Shown: in pieces, positions 46,867 to 58,168 of the stretch
Layout of the letters: every line of letters starts with the position of its first letter
Position numbering within the stretch: position 1 is the first letter of the stretch
Source of the DNA: Escherichia coli
GTDB taxonomy: Bacteria; Pseudomonadota; Gammaproteobacteria; Enterobacterales; Enterobacteriaceae
Assembly (NCBI RefSeq): GCF_030384885.1
Contig: NZ_CP128613.1
Reading direction: 5' to 3' (one strand)
DNA: 64,000 bases
Made by a program: the position numbers and the translations under genes
The notes under the pieces: generated by a model
The model's input: the letters and a program-made list of their open reading frames with translations, nothing else
Told to the model about the DNA's origin: nothing
Database searches by the model: none

Positions 46867-47682
46867 ATGGCGTTCAAATTCAAAACCTTTGCGGCAGTGG
46901 GAGCCCTGATTGGATCACTGGCACTGGTAGGCTGCGGTCAGGATGAAAAAGATCCAAACCACATTAAAGTCGGCGTGATTGTTGGTGCCGAACAGCAGGT
47001 TGCAGAAGTCGCGCAGAAAGTCGCGAAAGACAAATATGGCCTGGACGTTGAGCTGGTCACCTTCAACGACTATGTTCTGCCAAACGAAGCATTGAGCAAA
47101 GGCGATATCGACGCCAACGCCTTCCAGCATAAACCGTACCTTGATCAGCAACTGAAAGATCGTGGCTACAAACTGGTCGCAGTAGGCAACACGTTTGTGT
47201 ATCCGATTGCCGGTTACTCCAAGAAAATCAAATCGCTGGATGAACTGCAGGATGGTTCGCAGGTTGCCGTGCCAAACGACCCGACTAACCTTGGTCGTTC
47301 ACTGCTGCTGCTGCAAAAAGTGGGCTTGATCAAACTGAAAGATGGCGTTGGCCTGTTGCCAACAGTTCTTGATGTTGTTGAGAACCCAAAAAACCTGAAA
47401 ATTGTTGAGCTGGAAGCACCGCAGCTGCCGCGCTCTCTGGACGATGCGCAAATCGCTCTGGCGGTTATCAACACCACCTATGCCAGCCAGATTGGCCTGA
47501 CTCCGGCGAAAGACGGTATCTTTGTCGAAGATAAAGAGTCTCCGTACGTAAACCTGATCGTGACGCGTGAAGATAATAAAGACGCAGAGAACGTGAAGAA
47601 ATTCGTCCAGGCTTATCAGTCTGACGAAGTTTACGAAGCAGCGAACAAAGTGTTTAACGGTGGCGCTGTTAAAGGCTGGTAA
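46867..47682 (+). CDS. metQ: methionine-binding lipoprotein
   Basis: 271 aa; lipobox LVGC; NlpA-family. Confidence 0.95.
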   Translation: MAFKFKTFAAVGALIGSLALVGCGQDEKDPNHIKVGVIVGAEQQVAEVAQKVAKDKYGLDVELVTFNDYVLPNEALSKGDIDANAFQHKPYLDQQLKDRGYKLVAVGNTFVYPIAGYSKKIKSLDELQDGSQVAVPNDPTNLGRSLLLLQKVGLIKLKDGVGLLPTVLDVVENPKNLKIVELEAPQLPRSLDDAQIALAVINTTYASQIGLTPAKDGIFVEDKESPYVNLIVTREDNKDAENVKKFVQAYQSDEVYEAANKVFNGGAVKGW

Positions 47683-47717
47683 TTTTTAGGCTGTTTCCAC
47701 AATTTGTAATATCATTC

Positions 47718-47748
47718 AGGACGGGCGCTTGCCCGTCTTGTCATTTTT
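47718..47748 (+). terminator. intrinsic terminator after metQ
   Basis: GACGGGC-GCTT-GCCCGTC followed by a T-rich tract. Confidence 0.55.
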
Positions 47749-47799
47749 ACAAGCTCCTGATTCAATATTGACGTTTTGATCATACATTGAGGAAATACT

Positions 47800-48204
47800 A
47801 TGCGTGCTTTACCGATCTGTTTAGTAGCACTCATGCTAAGCGGCTGTTCCATGTTAAGCAGATCCCCTGTCGAACCCGTTCAAAGCACTGCACCCCAGCC
47901 GAAAGCGGAGCCTGCAAAACCGAAAGCACCGCGCGCCGCGCCGGTCCGAATTTATACCAATGCAGAAGAATTAGTCGGCAAACCATTCCGCGATCTCGGT
48001 GAAGTCAGTGGCGATTCTTGCCAGGCCTCTAATCAGGACTCTCCGCCGAGCATTCCAACCGCGCGTAAGCGGATGCAAATCAATGCCTCTAAAATGAAAG
48101 CCAATGCGGTATTACTGCATAGCTGCGAAGTTACCAGCGGTACGCCAGGCTGCTATCGTCAGGCTGTATGTATCGGTTCTGCGCTTAACATTACGGCGAA
48201 ATGA
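47800..48204 (+). CDS. rcsF: outer membrane lipoprotein sensor of the Rcs phosphorelay
   Basis: 134 aa; lipobox LSGC, Pro-rich linker, four Cys in the C-terminal domain. Confidence 0.9.
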   Translation: MRALPICLVALMLSGCSMLSRSPVEPVQSTAPQPKAEPAKPKAPRAAPVRIYTNAEELVGKPFRDLGEVSGDSCQASNQDSPPSIPTARKRMQINASKMKANAVLLHSCEVTSGTPGCYRQAVCIGSALNITAK

Positions 48205-48908
48205 GCAGTTTCCAGTTCGAGCAAATAGGCGTTATTCGCTCGCCCTATAAAGAAAAATTCGCCGTTCCGCGCCAGCCAGGTCTGGTAAAAAGCGCCAACG
48301 GTGAACTGCATCTCATTGCTCCCTACAACCAGGCCGACGCCGTTCGCGGCCTGGAAGCGTTTAGCCATTTATGGATCCTTTTTGTCTTTCATCAAACAAT
48401 GGAAGGCGGCTGGCGTCCGACTGTGCGTCCACCGCGCCTCGGCGGTAACGCCAGAATGGGCGTTTTCGCCACACGCTCTACTTTCCGCCCTAACCCGATT
48501 GGTATGTCGCTGGTAGAGCTGAAGGAAGTTATTTGTCATAAAGATAACGTGATTCTGAAGCTCGGCAGTCTGGATCTGGTCGATGGTACGCCGGTGGTAG
48601 ATATCAAACCGTATCTTCCCTTTGCCGAATCGCTTCCTGATGCCAGTGCCAGCTATGCGCAAAGTGCACCAGCGGCAGAGATGGCGGTGAGTTTTACCTT
48701 AGAGGTCGAAAAGCAGCTTTTGACATTGGAGAAGCGCTATCCGCAGTTAACGCTGTTTATCCGCGAAGTACTGGCGCAGGACCCGCGTCCAGCCTATCGT
48801 AAAGGTGAGGAAACGGGCAAAACCTATGCCGTCTGGCTGCATAATTTTAACGTTCGCTGGCGCGTCACCGACGCTGGTTTTGAAGTCTTTGCGCTGGAAC
48901 CGCGTTAA
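48201..48908 (+). CDS. tsaA: tRNA (adenine37-N6)-methyltransferase
   Basis: 235 aa; 4-nt overlap with rcsF; YaeB-family. Confidence 0.9.
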   Translation: MSSFQFEQIGVIRSPYKEKFAVPRQPGLVKSANGELHLIAPYNQADAVRGLEAFSHLWILFVFHQTMEGGWRPTVRPPRLGGNARMGVFATRSTFRPNPIGMSLVELKEVICHKDNVILKLGSLDLVDGTPVVDIKPYLPFAESLPDASASYAQSAPAAEMAVSFTLEVEKQLLTLEKRYPQLTLFIREVLAQDPRPAYRKGEETGKTYAVWLHNFNVRWRVTDAGFEVFALEPR

Positions 48909-49018
48909 ATTCGCGCCCTTCTCTTTTGACATTTCTTTTGCACTGGTAAACTAAATCACTTTTTTTGTCCCAGGCTCGCCTTGAGCCTGCTCTACCTTCC
49001 AACTGGAACCGTAACAAC

Positions 49019-50737
49019 ATGCGTACTAGCCAATACCTGCTCTCCACTCTTAAGGAGACACCTGCCGACGCCGAGGTGATCAGCCATCAGCTGATGTTAC
49101 GCGCCGGGATGATCCGCAAGCTGGCCTCCGGGTTATACACCTGGCTGCCGACCGGCGTGCGCGTTCTGAAAAAAGTCGAAAACATCGTGCGTGAAGAGAT
49201 GAACAACGCCGGTGCGATCGAGGTGTTAATGCCGGTGGTTCAGCCATCTGAACTGTGGCAAGAGAGTGGTCGTTGGGAACAGTATGGCCCGGAATTGCTG
49301 CGTATTGCTGACCGTGGTGACCGTCCGTTCGTACTTGGCCCAACTCATGAAGAAGTGATTACCGACCTGATTCGTAACGAGCTGAGCTCTTACAAACAGC
49401 TGCCGCTGAACTTCTATCAGATCCAAACCAAGTTCCGTGATGAAGTACGCCCGCGTTTCGGCGTCATGCGTTCCCGCGAATTCCTGATGAAAGATGCTTA
49501 CTCTTTCCATACCTCTCAGGAATCCCTGCAGGAAACCTACGATGCAATGTATGCGGCCTACAGCAAAATCTTCAGCCGCATGGGGCTGGATTTCCGCGCC
49601 GTACAGGCCGATACCGGTTCTATCGGCGGCAGCGCCTCTCACGAATTCCAGGTGCTGGCGCAGAGCGGTGAAGACGATGTGGTCTTCTCCGACACCTCTG
49701 ACTATGCAGCGAACATTGAGCTGGCAGAAGCTATCGCGCCGAAAGAACCGCGCGCTGCTGCTACCCAGGAAATGACGCTGGTTGATACGCCGAACGCGAA
49801 AACCATCGCTGAACTGGTAGAACAATTCAATCTGCCGATTGAAAAAACGGTTAAGACTCTGCTGGTTAAAGCCGTTGAAGGCAGTAGCTTCCCGCTGGTT
49901 GCGCTGCTGGTTCGCGGTGACCACGAGCTGAACGAAGTTAAAGCTGAGAAACTGCCGCAGGTTGCAAGCCCGCTGACTTTCGCGACTGAAGAAGAAATTC
50001 GTGCCGTGGTTAAAGCCGGTCCGGGTTCACTGGGTCCGGTAAACATGCCGATTCCGGTAGTAATTGACCGTACTGTTGCGGCGATGAGTGATTTTGCTGC
50101 TGGTGCTAACATCGATGGCAAACACTACTTCGGTATCAACTGGGATCGCGATGTCGCAACCCCGGAAGTTGCGGATATCCGTAACGTAGTGGCTGGCGAT
50201 CCAAGCCCGGATGGACAGGGTACGCTGCTGATCAAACGTGGTATCGAAGTCGGTCACATCTTCCAGCTGGGTACTAAGTACTCCGAAGCACTTAAAGCCT
50301 CCGTTCAGGGTGAAGATGGCCGTAATCAGATCCTGACTATGGGTTGCTACGGTATCGGCGTAACGCGCGTAGTAGCGGCGGCAATTGAGCAGAACTACGA
50401 CGAACGCGGCATCGTATGGCCTGACGCTATCGCACCTTTCCAGGTGGCGATTCTGCCGATGAACATGCACAAATCCTTCCGCGTACAGGAGCTGGCTGAG
50501 AAACTGTATAGCGAACTGCGCGCACAGGGTATCGAAGTGCTGCTGGATGATCGCAAAGAACGTCCGGGCGTGATGTTTGCTGATATGGAACTGATCGGTA
50601 TTCCGCACACTATCGTGTTGGGCGACCGTAACCTCGACAACGACGATATCGAATACAAATACCGTCGTAACGGTGAGAAACAGTTAATTAAGACCGGTGA
50701 CATCGTCGATTATCTGGTGAAACAGATTAAAGGCTGA
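49019..50737 (+). CDS. proS: prolyl-tRNA synthetase
   Basis: ORF 48965..50737 trimmed to [20 protein letters not shown] (572 aa); class II aaRS. Confidence 0.95.
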   Translation: MRTSQYLLSTLKETPADAEVISHQLMLRAGMIRKLASGLYTWLPTGVRVLKKVENIVREEMNNAGAIEVLMPVVQPSELWQESGRWEQYGPELLRIADRGDRPFVLGPTHEEVITDLIRNELSSYKQLPLNFYQIQTKFRDEVRPRFGVMRSREFLMKDAYSFHTSQESLQETYDAMYAAYSKIFSRMGLDFRAVQADTGSIGGSASHEFQVLAQSGEDDVVFSDTSDYAANIELAEAIAPKEPRAAATQEMTLVDTPNAKTIAELVEQFNLPIEKTVKTLLVKAVEGSSFPLVALLVRGDHELNEVKAEKLPQVASPLTFATEEEIRAVVKAGPGSLGPVNMPIPVVIDRTVAAMSDFAAGANIDGKHYFGINWDRDVATPEVADIRNVVAGDPSPDGQGTLLIKRGIEVGHIFQLGTKYSEALKASVQGEDGRNQILTMGCYGIGVTRVVAAAIEQNYDERGIVWPDAIAPFQVAILPMNMHKSFRVQELAEKLYSELRAQGIEVLLDDRKERPGVMFADMELIGIPHTIVLGDRNLDNDDIEYKYRRNGEKQLIKTGDIVDYLVKQIKG

Positions 50738-50743
50738 TGCCAG

Positions 50744-50772
50744 AAAGGGTCCTGAATTTCAGGACCCTTTTT
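50744..50772 (+). terminator. intrinsic terminator after proS
   Basis: GGGTCCTGAA-AT-TTCAGGACCC followed by TTTTTT. Confidence 0.6.
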
Positions 50773-50789
50773 TACATGGATTGTATAAA

Positions 50790-51614
50790 ATGGATAAACC
50801 AAAGGCGCACTGGTGCCTGCTTCTCCCCTGCTTTCTTTTACTTTCGGCCTGTACCGTTGATATCAGCCAACCAGACTCATCAGCCACAGCGGTAGATGCC
50901 AAGGCAAAAACATGGGCAGTCAAATTCCAGCATCAAAGCTCTTTCACCGAACAATCAATAAAAGAAATAACAGAACCTGATCTCAAACCCGGCGATTTAC
51001 TGTTCTCCTCAAGCCTTGGGGTAACTTCATTTGGTATCCGCGTCTTCAGCACTTCCTCAGTGAGCCACGTTGCAATCTTTTTGGGAGATAATAACGTTGC
51101 AGAAGCGACAGGAGATGGCATCCAGATTGTTTCCCTTAAAAAAGCGATGAAGCATAGTGATAAGCTTTTCGTCTTACGAGTCCCGGATCTTACCCCGCAA
51201 CAAGCCACAGAAATTACCGCGTTTGCCAATAAAATCAAAGATAGCGGTTATAACTATCGCGGCATTGTCGAATTTATTCCATTTATGGTGACTCGCCAGA
51301 TGTGCTCACTGAATCCGTTCTCCGAGGATTTTCGCCAACAGTGCGTCAGCGGCCTGGCGAAAGCGCAGTTAAGCAGTGTGAGCGAAGGAGACAAAAAGTC
51401 GTGGTTTTGTTCGGAATTTGTCACTGATGCATTTGCCAAAGCCGGACATCCGCTTACGCTGGCACAGTCTGGCTGGATTAGCCCTGCCGATCTGATGCAT
51501 ATGCGTACTGGCGATGTCTCTGTGTTTAAGCCAGAAACGCAATTAGAGTATATTGGGCACTTGAAGCCAGGGATTTATATCAAAGCGGGTCGCTTCGTTG
51601 GGTTGACTCAGTGA
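50790..51614 (+). CDS. yaeF: lipoprotein, putative papain-like peptidase
   Basis: ORF 50781..51614; lipobox LLSAC; start trimmed to MDKPKAH, uncertain. Confidence 0.8.
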   Translation: MDKPKAHWCLLLPCFLLLSACTVDISQPDSSATAVDAKAKTWAVKFQHQSSFTEQSIKEITEPDLKPGDLLFSSSLGVTSFGIRVFSTSSVSHVAIFLGDNNVAEATGDGIQIVSLKKAMKHSDKLFVLRVPDLTPQQATEITAFANKIKDSGYNYRGIVEFIPFMVTRQMCSLNPFSEDFRQQCVSGLAKAQLSSVSEGDKKSWFCSEFVTDAFAKAGHPLTLAQSGWISPADLMHMRTGDVSVFKPETQLEYIGHLKPGIYIKAGRFVGLTQ

Positions 51615-51628
51615 TAAAAGCCAGCCTC

Positions 51629-51739
51629 GTCCACAAAATACCGGATGAGGCGTGAGCGCCTTACCCGGCCTACAAAATCGTGCTAATACAAAATGTTGCA
51701 TTATTGGCTGTAGGCCTGATAAGCGCTGCGCATCAGGCA
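51629..51739. repeat. BIME-like pair of REP elements between yaeF and nlpE
   Basis: CCGGATGAGGCGTGAGCGCCTTACCCGGCCTAC and GTAGGCCTGATAAGCGCTGCGCATCAGGCA. Confidence 0.65.
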
Positions 51740-51769
51740 ATTTTTCGTTTGTTTCTGTCTCACGATGGC

Positions 51770-52480
51770 TTACTGCCCCAAACTACTGCAATCCTGGTGC
51801 GGGTAAAATTTACCTGCCGTATCGGGCGCAAATACTTTGGTCGGCGCACCAGTATCCGGATTAGCCTCAAGCGTAAAGTGACCTTCTACTGACAGTAACA
51901 CCGGTTTCTCGCTGTTGCCGCGGGCAGCCAAATAGCCCCGTTCCAGCTCAGCGTTATTCGCTACCATGAAACGTTTTCCGGTCGCACAATCAGTAAAGGT
52001 TGCCGCATCAGCCATATAAAAATACATGCCGCGTAGAGTCATCGGCGTCACTGGCAGGCTGGATTTTGCCGGTTCCAGTGTATAGTTGAACTGCGATTCG
52101 ATCGGATTGCCTTCACGATCGAGCATCTCCAGCGCATCTCCTTTCGCCCGATAATATGACTTTTCACCTTTACTGTCGGTTAATACCAGTTTGTCAGCGG
52201 TTCGCGCCCATGTACCGTAGGAGGCGAAAGAGGAAGGCTCTTCACGCGCGCCCAGATAACGTTCATTCATCACCCATGTTCCGTCTTTTTCGAGGAACAG
52301 TGAGGTTTCGATACCTTCGCAATCAGCACACGGCAGCACGCCGCGCCAGCTTTGCGGCATCGGCTTCAGTTCAGCGGCCTGCGCCGGGGAAAGCGTATCG
52401 ACTTCGGCCCGATTATTACATCCCATCAGTGTAAAGAGGCTGATTACAGCCATCGCTGTCACTATCGCTTTTTTCACCAT
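51770..52480 (-). CDS. nlpE: outer membrane lipoprotein (envelope stress sensor)
   Basis: 236 aa; lipobox LMGC; CxxC motif. Confidence 0.9.
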   Translation of the reverse strand: MVKKAIVTAMAVISLFTLMGCNNRAEVDTLSPAQAAELKPMPQSWRGVLPCADCEGIETSLFLEKDGTWVMNERYLGAREEPSSFASYGTWARTADKLVLTDSKGEKSYYRAKGDALEMLDREGNPIESQFNYTLEPAKSSLPVTPMTLRGMYFYMADAATFTDCATGKRFMVANNAELERGYLAARGNSEKPVLLSVEGHFTLEANPDTGAPTKVFAPDTAGKFYPHQDCSSLGQ

Positions 52481-52493
52481 CCATTCCTTCTTT

Positions 52494-52916
52494 TTATTCC
52501 CGACCGCCGCGCACTTTGCCGCGCAACGCCTTCACGCTTGATTTTTGTGCTTTCGATACCAGCCTGCGCTCTTTTGATGCGCGGGTAGGTCGTGTCGGTC
52601 GCCGGGTTTTTTGTTCTGTTGTTAATTCTTTAATCACTGCCACCAACCGTGCCAGCGCCGCTTCGCGGTTCAGTTCCTGGCTGCGATATTCCTGTGCCTT
52701 GATGACAATCACTCCATCGCTGCTAATCAGATGATGGCTGGCAGCGAGCAGGCGCTCTTTGTAATACTCTGGCAGGCTGGACGCTCGAATGTCAAAACGT
52801 AGATGAATAGCCGTTGAGGTCTTATTCACATGCTGCCCGCCCGCGCCCTGCGCACGAATGGCGGTGATCTCAAGCTCGCCATCGGGGATAGCAACATGTC
52901 GGGAAATCATAATCAT
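52494..52916 (-). CDS. arfB: peptidyl-tRNA hydrolase ArfB (alternative ribosome rescue factor)
   Basis: 140 aa; GGQ motif ([10 protein letters not shown]); basic C-terminal tail. Confidence 0.9.
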   Translation of the reverse strand: MIMISRHVAIPDGELEITAIRAQGAGGQHVNKTSTAIHLRFDIRASSLPEYYKERLLAASHHLISSDGVIVIKAQEYRSQELNREAALARLVAVIKELTTEQKTRRPTRPTRASKERRLVSKAQKSSVKALRGKVRGGRE

Positions 52917-53458
52917 GAAGGTTGTTGCCAGGCGATTAAGTTTACTTCCAGATTATTCTTATCATCCGATAACCAAATCACCCCATCCTGAATCGTTGCC
53001 TGCAGCGTCATGGTACGATCGGCAAAGGCGCTCACTTTTGCCAGTTGCTCGTCGTCCAGATACCAGATGGAAAGATTGGCAAACTGCGCACATTTGCTCT
53101 GATTTTGCTGCCACCAGATTTGCGCTGCCCGACTATTATAGGCAAACAGCGCCACTTCTGCGGCCTGGGTGCAGGCTTTCTTAATCCGCCGCTCATCCGG
53201 CAATCCCAGTTCAATCCACAAATCAATGCCCAGATGATCATTACGCAGCCACGCTTCCGGCTCATCATCGGCACACAAACCTCGGGTAAATTGCAGACGC
53301 TCATCGGCATATTTCAGCCACGCCAGCAGGCGCAGCATCATGCGCTCCTGTGTTTCTGAAGGGTGGCGCGCCAGCGTCAGAGAGGCATCGAGAAACTGGT
53401 TGCGGTCGAGATCGGCCACATTAACCGTCGCTTTATAAATTGTCGCTTTAAGCGCCAT
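52913..53458 (-). CDS. yaeQ: YaeQ-family protein
   Basis: 181 aa; 4-nt overlap with arfB; synteny. Confidence 0.85.
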   Translation of the reverse strand: MALKATIYKATVNVADLDRNQFLDASLTLARHPSETQERMMLRLLAWLKYADERLQFTRGLCADDEPEAWLRNDHLGIDLWIELGLPDERRIKKACTQAAEVALFAYNSRAAQIWWQQNQSKCAQFANLSIWYLDDEQLAKVSAFADRTMTLQATIQDGVIWLSDDKNNLEVNLIAWQQPS

Positions 53459-53623
53459 AAGAAAACTCCTTTCGAATCAGGAGGCCATTGTAACGGAATA
53501 CGTGCAGTTGCGACGCTGATATTGCAGAAATGAGTGTGGTATAGTCACCTTGCGAAACAGAGTTTATCTTCGTAGGCTTAGACTTGCATCCACGGTTAAG
53601 TCAGAGTGCTGACAGGAGGGCAT

Positions 53624-53824
53624 GTGGAAAAATATTGTGAGTTAATACGCAAGCGGTACGCGGAAATCGCCAGCGGAGACTTAGGATACGTTCCGGACGC
53701 GCTGGGCTGCGTTTTGAAAGTGCTGAATGAAATGGCTGCCGACGATGCCCTTTCTGAGGCTGTCAGGGAAAAAGCAGCATACGCTGCGGCAAACTTACTG
53801 GTGAGCGATTATGTCAATGAATGA
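53624..53824 (+). CDS. yaeP: small protein YaeP (UPF0253)
   Basis: ORF 53606..53824; GTG start at 53624 preceded by AGGAGG gives 66 aa ([12 protein letters not shown]...). Confidence 0.8.
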
Positions 53825-54071
53825 TACGTATCAACCAATCAATTGTGATGATTACGATAATCTTGAGCTCGCCTGCCAGCATCATTTAATGCTGACACTT
53901 GAGCTGAAAGATGGCGAAAAACTGCAGGGGAAGGCCAGCGATTTAGTCTCCCGCAAAAATGTGGAATATCTGGTCGTCGAAGCTGCTGGCGAAACCCGCG
54001 AGCTACGTCTGGATAAAATTACCAGCTTTAGCCACCCGGAAATCGGTACGGTGGTGGTGAGCGAGTCCTGA
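53817..54071 (+). CDS. rof: Rho-binding antiterminator Rof
   Basis: ORF 53811..54071 trimmed to [13 protein letters not shown] (84 aa); overlaps yaeP end. Confidence 0.85.
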
Positions 54072-54123
54072 TTTACTTTCGCCGGATGCGACGTTTGATG
54101 CGTCTTATCCGGCTTTCACTTAA

Positions 54124-55419
54124 CTAAGCGTTTCGCCGCCAGACAAAACTTACGCCATTCTCACCTTCAGCCACACCTTCTTGCGTCACAAATACCTCTG
54201 CCGCTGCAATCAGCGTTTCGCCATAAAACAGCAGTGGCGTGGTGTCACGCAACCACGGCGGTACGCCCAGTTCCTGCCAGATTTTCTTTAACTTACGCCC
54301 ACCATTGCGCCCGACAATATGCAGCAATCCTGGCGCTTTGAAACGCACACTGACCGCTTCGTCTGCACGCGGAGGGCGAATATCGCCTCCCGCAGTAAGC
54401 TGTACACTTCCCAGCGCCGCCGGTAATTCCAGCGGTTGTAACCACGTCTGCCACGGCACAATGGTTTCGCTTTGCCCAGTGACGGATTTAATCCACCACA
54501 GTTGCGATTGATAGCGGCGGATTTCAAACGCCCCCAAACGTAAACAGGGGGAAGCATCTTCTCGCGCCAGCGCCACTTCCTGCCAGATCCTCACCAACGC
54601 GTCGCGGGAAGGCATCGGTGCATTCTGCCCTGCCAGCCAGCGGCGGATAATCGCCGCGCGACGGGCATCACTCATCGCCAGCATTGGCGCAATCTGCAGC
54701 GTCCCCTGCGGCGTTTGACAGTGTGCTAAATCATCTGCCAGCAGTTCATCCAGCAGGCTCTCTTGCTCAGCACAAAGTGCAGCGCTGCGGGCCGTTGCTT
54801 CGGCAAAATGCGGCCAACGCTGCTGCAATAACGGCACTACGCGTAGGCGCAGGAAGTTACGATCGTATGAGTCGTCCTGATTACTTTCGTCTTCAATCCA
54901 ACGTAAACCATGCGCCAACGCCCACTGCTCCAGTTCTCCCCGTGTGCGGGCGAGCAACGGTCGGATCAGCCGCGTTCCGGCAAACTCCGAGACTTCCGCC
55001 ATAGCCGAAAGCCCTGCAGGGCCGCTACCACGTTTTAACGCCAGCAGAAACGTTTCACATTGATCGTCGAGATGTTGCGCTGTAACCAGCACTTCACCAG
55101 GTAACAGGGTACGAGCAAATGCCTGATAACGTGCCTGCCGCGCCTGAGCCTCAATACCTAGCCCCTCTTGCGCAAGTTGCACACGCTCAACCACCAGCGG
55201 CACCTGCCACTGCTGGCAGATATTTTCACAATGTTTCACCCAAGCATCAGCGTTGGCACTTAAACCATGATGCACATGAATAGCGCGCAGGGTGACGCCC
55301 GGATTTTCCGTCCGCCACTGCACCAACTGATGCAGCAGAACGGTGGAGTCAAGCCCGCCGCTAAAGGCCACCAGAATCTGGCGTGAGATGAGAAGTTGTC
55401 TATTGAGAGTGAGTGTCAT
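54124..55419 (-). CDS. tilS: tRNA(Ile)-lysidine synthetase
   Basis: 431 aa; PP-loop SGGLDS near the N-terminus. Confidence 0.9.
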   Translation of the reverse strand: MTLTLNRQLLISRQILVAFSGGLDSTVLLHQLVQWRTENPGVTLRAIHVHHGLSANADAWVKHCENICQQWQVPLVVERVQLAQEGLGIEAQARQARYQAFARTLLPGEVLVTAQHLDDQCETFLLALKRGSGPAGLSAMAEVSEFAGTRLIRPLLARTRGELEQWALAHGLRWIEDESNQDDSYDRNFLRLRVVPLLQQRWPHFAEATARSAALCAEQESLLDELLADDLAHCQTPQGTLQIAPMLAMSDARRAAIIRRWLAGQNAPMPSRDALVRIWQEVALAREDASPCLRLGAFEIRRYQSQLWWIKSVTGQSETIVPWQTWLQPLELPAALGSVQLTAGGDIRPPRADEAVSVRFKAPGLLHIVGRNGGRKLKKIWQELGVPPWLRDTTPLLFYGETLIAAAEVFVTQEGVAEGENGVSFVWRRNA

Positions 55420-55483
55420 GATGGTGCGATTTTACAGTAGCAATGCCCGGCACGTTACCGGGCAAATATGGCGATGACAAGCC

Positions 55484-55873
55484 TTACTGCTCATACAGTT
55501 CCAACGGCAGTCCGTCCGGATCGTTAAAGAATGTGAAGCGCTTTTGCGTGTAGGGATCGACACGTATGGCTTCACATTTCACGTTATGGCTTTCAAGATG
55601 CGCCACTGCCGCATCGATATCATCAACGCTAAAAGCCAGATGACGCAGGCCGCAAGCTTCCGGTCTGCTGGGGCGCTCCGGCGGGAACGGAAATGAGAAA
55701 AGCTCAATCACATATTGCCCATTAAGCGCCAAATCCCCTTTCCACGAATCGCGCGCTTCGCGATAGACTTCGCTTTGCAGCGTGAAACCGAGAATATCGC
55801 AGTAGAAAGCTTTGCTCACCGCATAATCCGTCGCAATAATCGCAATATGGTGAACCTGTTTTAAACCCAGCAT
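55484..55873 (-). CDS. yaeR: glyoxalase/VOC-family protein
   Basis: ORF 55484..55900 trimmed to MLGLKQVHHIAIIATDY (129 aa). Confidence 0.8.
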   Translation of the reverse strand: MLGLKQVHHIAIIATDYAVSKAFYCDILGFTLQSEVYREARDSWKGDLALNGQYVIELFSFPFPPERPSRPEACGLRHLAFSVDDIDAAVAHLESHNVKCEAIRVDPYTQKRFTFFNDPDGLPLELYEQ

Positions 55874-55929
55874 AACGCCTCCTTTATTTGTTAACAGCAC
55901 GTTACTCGCCCGGAAGCCGCTCTGGCAAG

Positions 55930-58071
55930 TTATCCCGCCATTTTTAGGACTCGTACGCGGTAAACGCCATCTTCGTCCTGTTTCGCGCCGTGAATATCCG
56001 TTTCAAAGCCGGGGTAGCGCTGGCCCACTGAACAGAGCATCAGCAGAAAATCGAGTACCGTGCGGCTCTCCTCGGTCAGCATTTCTCCTGGCATCAGTAG
56101 CGGTACGCCAGGCGGATAAGGCAGGATCATATTTGCCGATACTCTACCGACCAGTTGTTCCAGCGCAATGGTTTCTACTTCGCCTTTAATCTGCCGTTGC
56201 CATGCCTGATGTGGCGTCATGATCATCTCCGGTAAAGTATCAAATGCTCGCAACATCAAACCGGGAAGATCGTGTTTACGAATCAGCTTATGGATCCCTT
56301 GCGCCAGATCCTGAATACGCATATTGCGATAAAAATCGGGATCTTCTGCATAGAGATCGGGCAGCATATTTTTGATCCGCAGGTTGAGATCGTAAGAGCG
56401 CTTAAATTCCGTCAACCCACGCAATAATCCCATTGCTTTGGTTTTATCGATGCCAATACTAAAGAGAAACAGCAGGTTATAAGGGCCGGTTTTCTCTACT
56501 ACGATCCCACGTTCGTCGAGGAATTTTGCCACCAGCGCCGCCGGGATCCCCTCATCGCTCATATTGCCCTGCTCGTCCATCCCCGGTGTCAAAATAGTGA
56601 CTTTAACCGGATCGAGAAACATATGATCGGCATCCGCATCGTTAAAGCCGTGCCACTGTTCGCCAGGCGCAACGGGCCAGCATTCGGCTTCATCCACCTG
56701 CGGCGGTTGCCAGATATCGAAAAACCAGCCGTCAGACTCTTCCCGCAGCCGCTGGACCTCTTTGCGAAAATGCAGCGCTCGTTCTACTGAACGGTTAATC
56801 AGCCGTTTGCCCGGATTACCACGCAGCATCGCCGCCGCTGTCTCAACCGAAGCAACAATGGGATAACTGGGCGAAGTGGTGGTATGCATCATAAAGGCTT
56901 CATTAAACGCCTCTTCGTCGTACTCACCTTTAATGTGGATCAGTGATGCCTGCGACAACGCCGCCAGCATTTTGTGGGTCGATTGCGTTTCGAAGAAAAC
57001 TTTTCCTGCCACCCGATCGCCACTCATACCACTTTTGCCCTGATAGATCGGATGAAAATGAGTATACGGGACCCAGGCGGAATCGAAGTGGATCGAGGGG
57101 ACATCCAGCGTCTGTTTGATCCAGTCGGTGTTGTAGAGCAAGCCATCATAGGTTGAGTTGGTGATCACCGCATGAACCGGCCATTGTGCCTGCGTGGTAG
57201 CAGCGACTTTCTCTTCGATACTGTCGCGGGTAAATTCTCGTCGCGGGATCCCACCCAGAATCCCCAACGCATTACGTGTTGGTTTTAGCCAGACCGGCAC
57301 GACATCGTTCATCATCAACAGATGCGCCAGCGATTTATGACAATTGCGGTCAATTAACAGCGTACTGCCGGATGGCGCGGCGTACATACCCACAATTTTG
57401 TTCGACGTCGATGTTCCGTTGGTGACGATATAACTCTGTTCCGCGCCGAAAGTCCGTGCGATGTACTCTTCCGCTTCCAGATGTGGCCCGGTGTGGTCGA
57501 GCAACGAACCTAGCTCGGTTACCGAAATAGAGACGTCCGCCTTGAGGGTATTCCCGCCGAAAAAATCATAAAACAGACAGCCTACCGGGCTTTTCTGATA
57601 CGCGGTACCACCCATATGCCCCGGCGTACAAAAGGTGTACTTCCGCTCTTTGACATAAGTAAACAAGGCTTTAGTGAATGGCGGGGTAATGTTATCGAGA
57701 TATTCGTTGGTGTACTGACGCATACGAATGGCGATATCTTCTGCCTGCCCCAGCGCATATTCAAAGAACCAGAGCGCCATCCGCATATCCTGCACGCTGA
57801 CATCCATCGTCGAGTGAGTATTGATGAAGGCATAAAGCGGGAGATATTCATTAAGTTGATTGATATCGCTACATAAATCGAGACTGTATTCATCCCAGTC
57901 AAAAATCACGCCGCATATTCGTGGGTTGTGTTCGATAAATTTCAGCAAATCAACGCTGTTTTGTGGCCAGATAATCTGAAAACCTTGCGCCACCAGCGCC
58001 GACTCCAGTTCTTTGATGGGCTCATCTTTATAAAAGACGCCATGCGGTCCCATAATGGCAATGATGTTCAT
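55930..58071 (-). CDS. ldcC: lysine decarboxylase, constitutive
   Basis: 713 aa Orn/Lys/Arg decarboxylase; identified as ldcC rather than cadA by its position next to accA. Confidence 0.9.
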   Translation of the reverse strand: MNIIAIMGPHGVFYKDEPIKELESALVAQGFQIIWPQNSVDLLKFIEHNPRICGVIFDWDEYSLDLCSDINQLNEYLPLYAFINTHSTMDVSVQDMRMALWFFEYALGQAEDIAIRMRQYTNEYLDNITPPFTKALFTYVKERKYTFCTPGHMGGTAYQKSPVGCLFYDFFGGNTLKADVSISVTELGSLLDHTGPHLEAEEYIARTFGAEQSYIVTNGTSTSNKIVGMYAAPSGSTLLIDRNCHKSLAHLLMMNDVVPVWLKPTRNALGILGGIPRREFTRDSIEEKVAATTQAQWPVHAVITNSTYDGLLYNTDWIKQTLDVPSIHFDSAWVPYTHFHPIYQGKSGMSGDRVAGKVFFETQSTHKMLAALSQASLIHIKGEYDEEAFNEAFMMHTTTSPSYPIVASVETAAAMLRGNPGKRLINRSVERALHFRKEVQRLREESDGWFFDIWQPPQVDEAECWPVAPGEQWHGFNDADADHMFLDPVKVTILTPGMDEQGNMSDEGIPAALVAKFLDERGIVVEKTGPYNLLFLFSIGIDKTKAMGLLRGLTEFKRSYDLNLRIKNMLPDLYAEDPDFYRNMRIQDLAQGIHKLIRKHDLPGLMLRAFDTLPEMIMTPHQAWQRQIKGEVETIALEQLVGRVSANMILPYPPGVPLLMPGEMLTEESRTVLDFLLMLCSVGQRYPGFETDIHGAKQDEDGVYRVRVLKMAG

Positions 58072-58121
58072 GTGTTCCTCCTGGAAAATCCTTCCTTAAT
58101 CATAGCCCGCTCAAACCATGG

Positions 58122-58150
58122 CGATAAAAAAGGGCCACCGAAGTGACCCT
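58122..58150 (-). terminator. intrinsic terminator after accA
   Basis: Minus strand GGGTCAC-TTCG-GTGGCCC followed by TTTTTTAT. Confidence 0.5.
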
Positions 58151-58168
58151 TTTCAGAACATTTGCGAA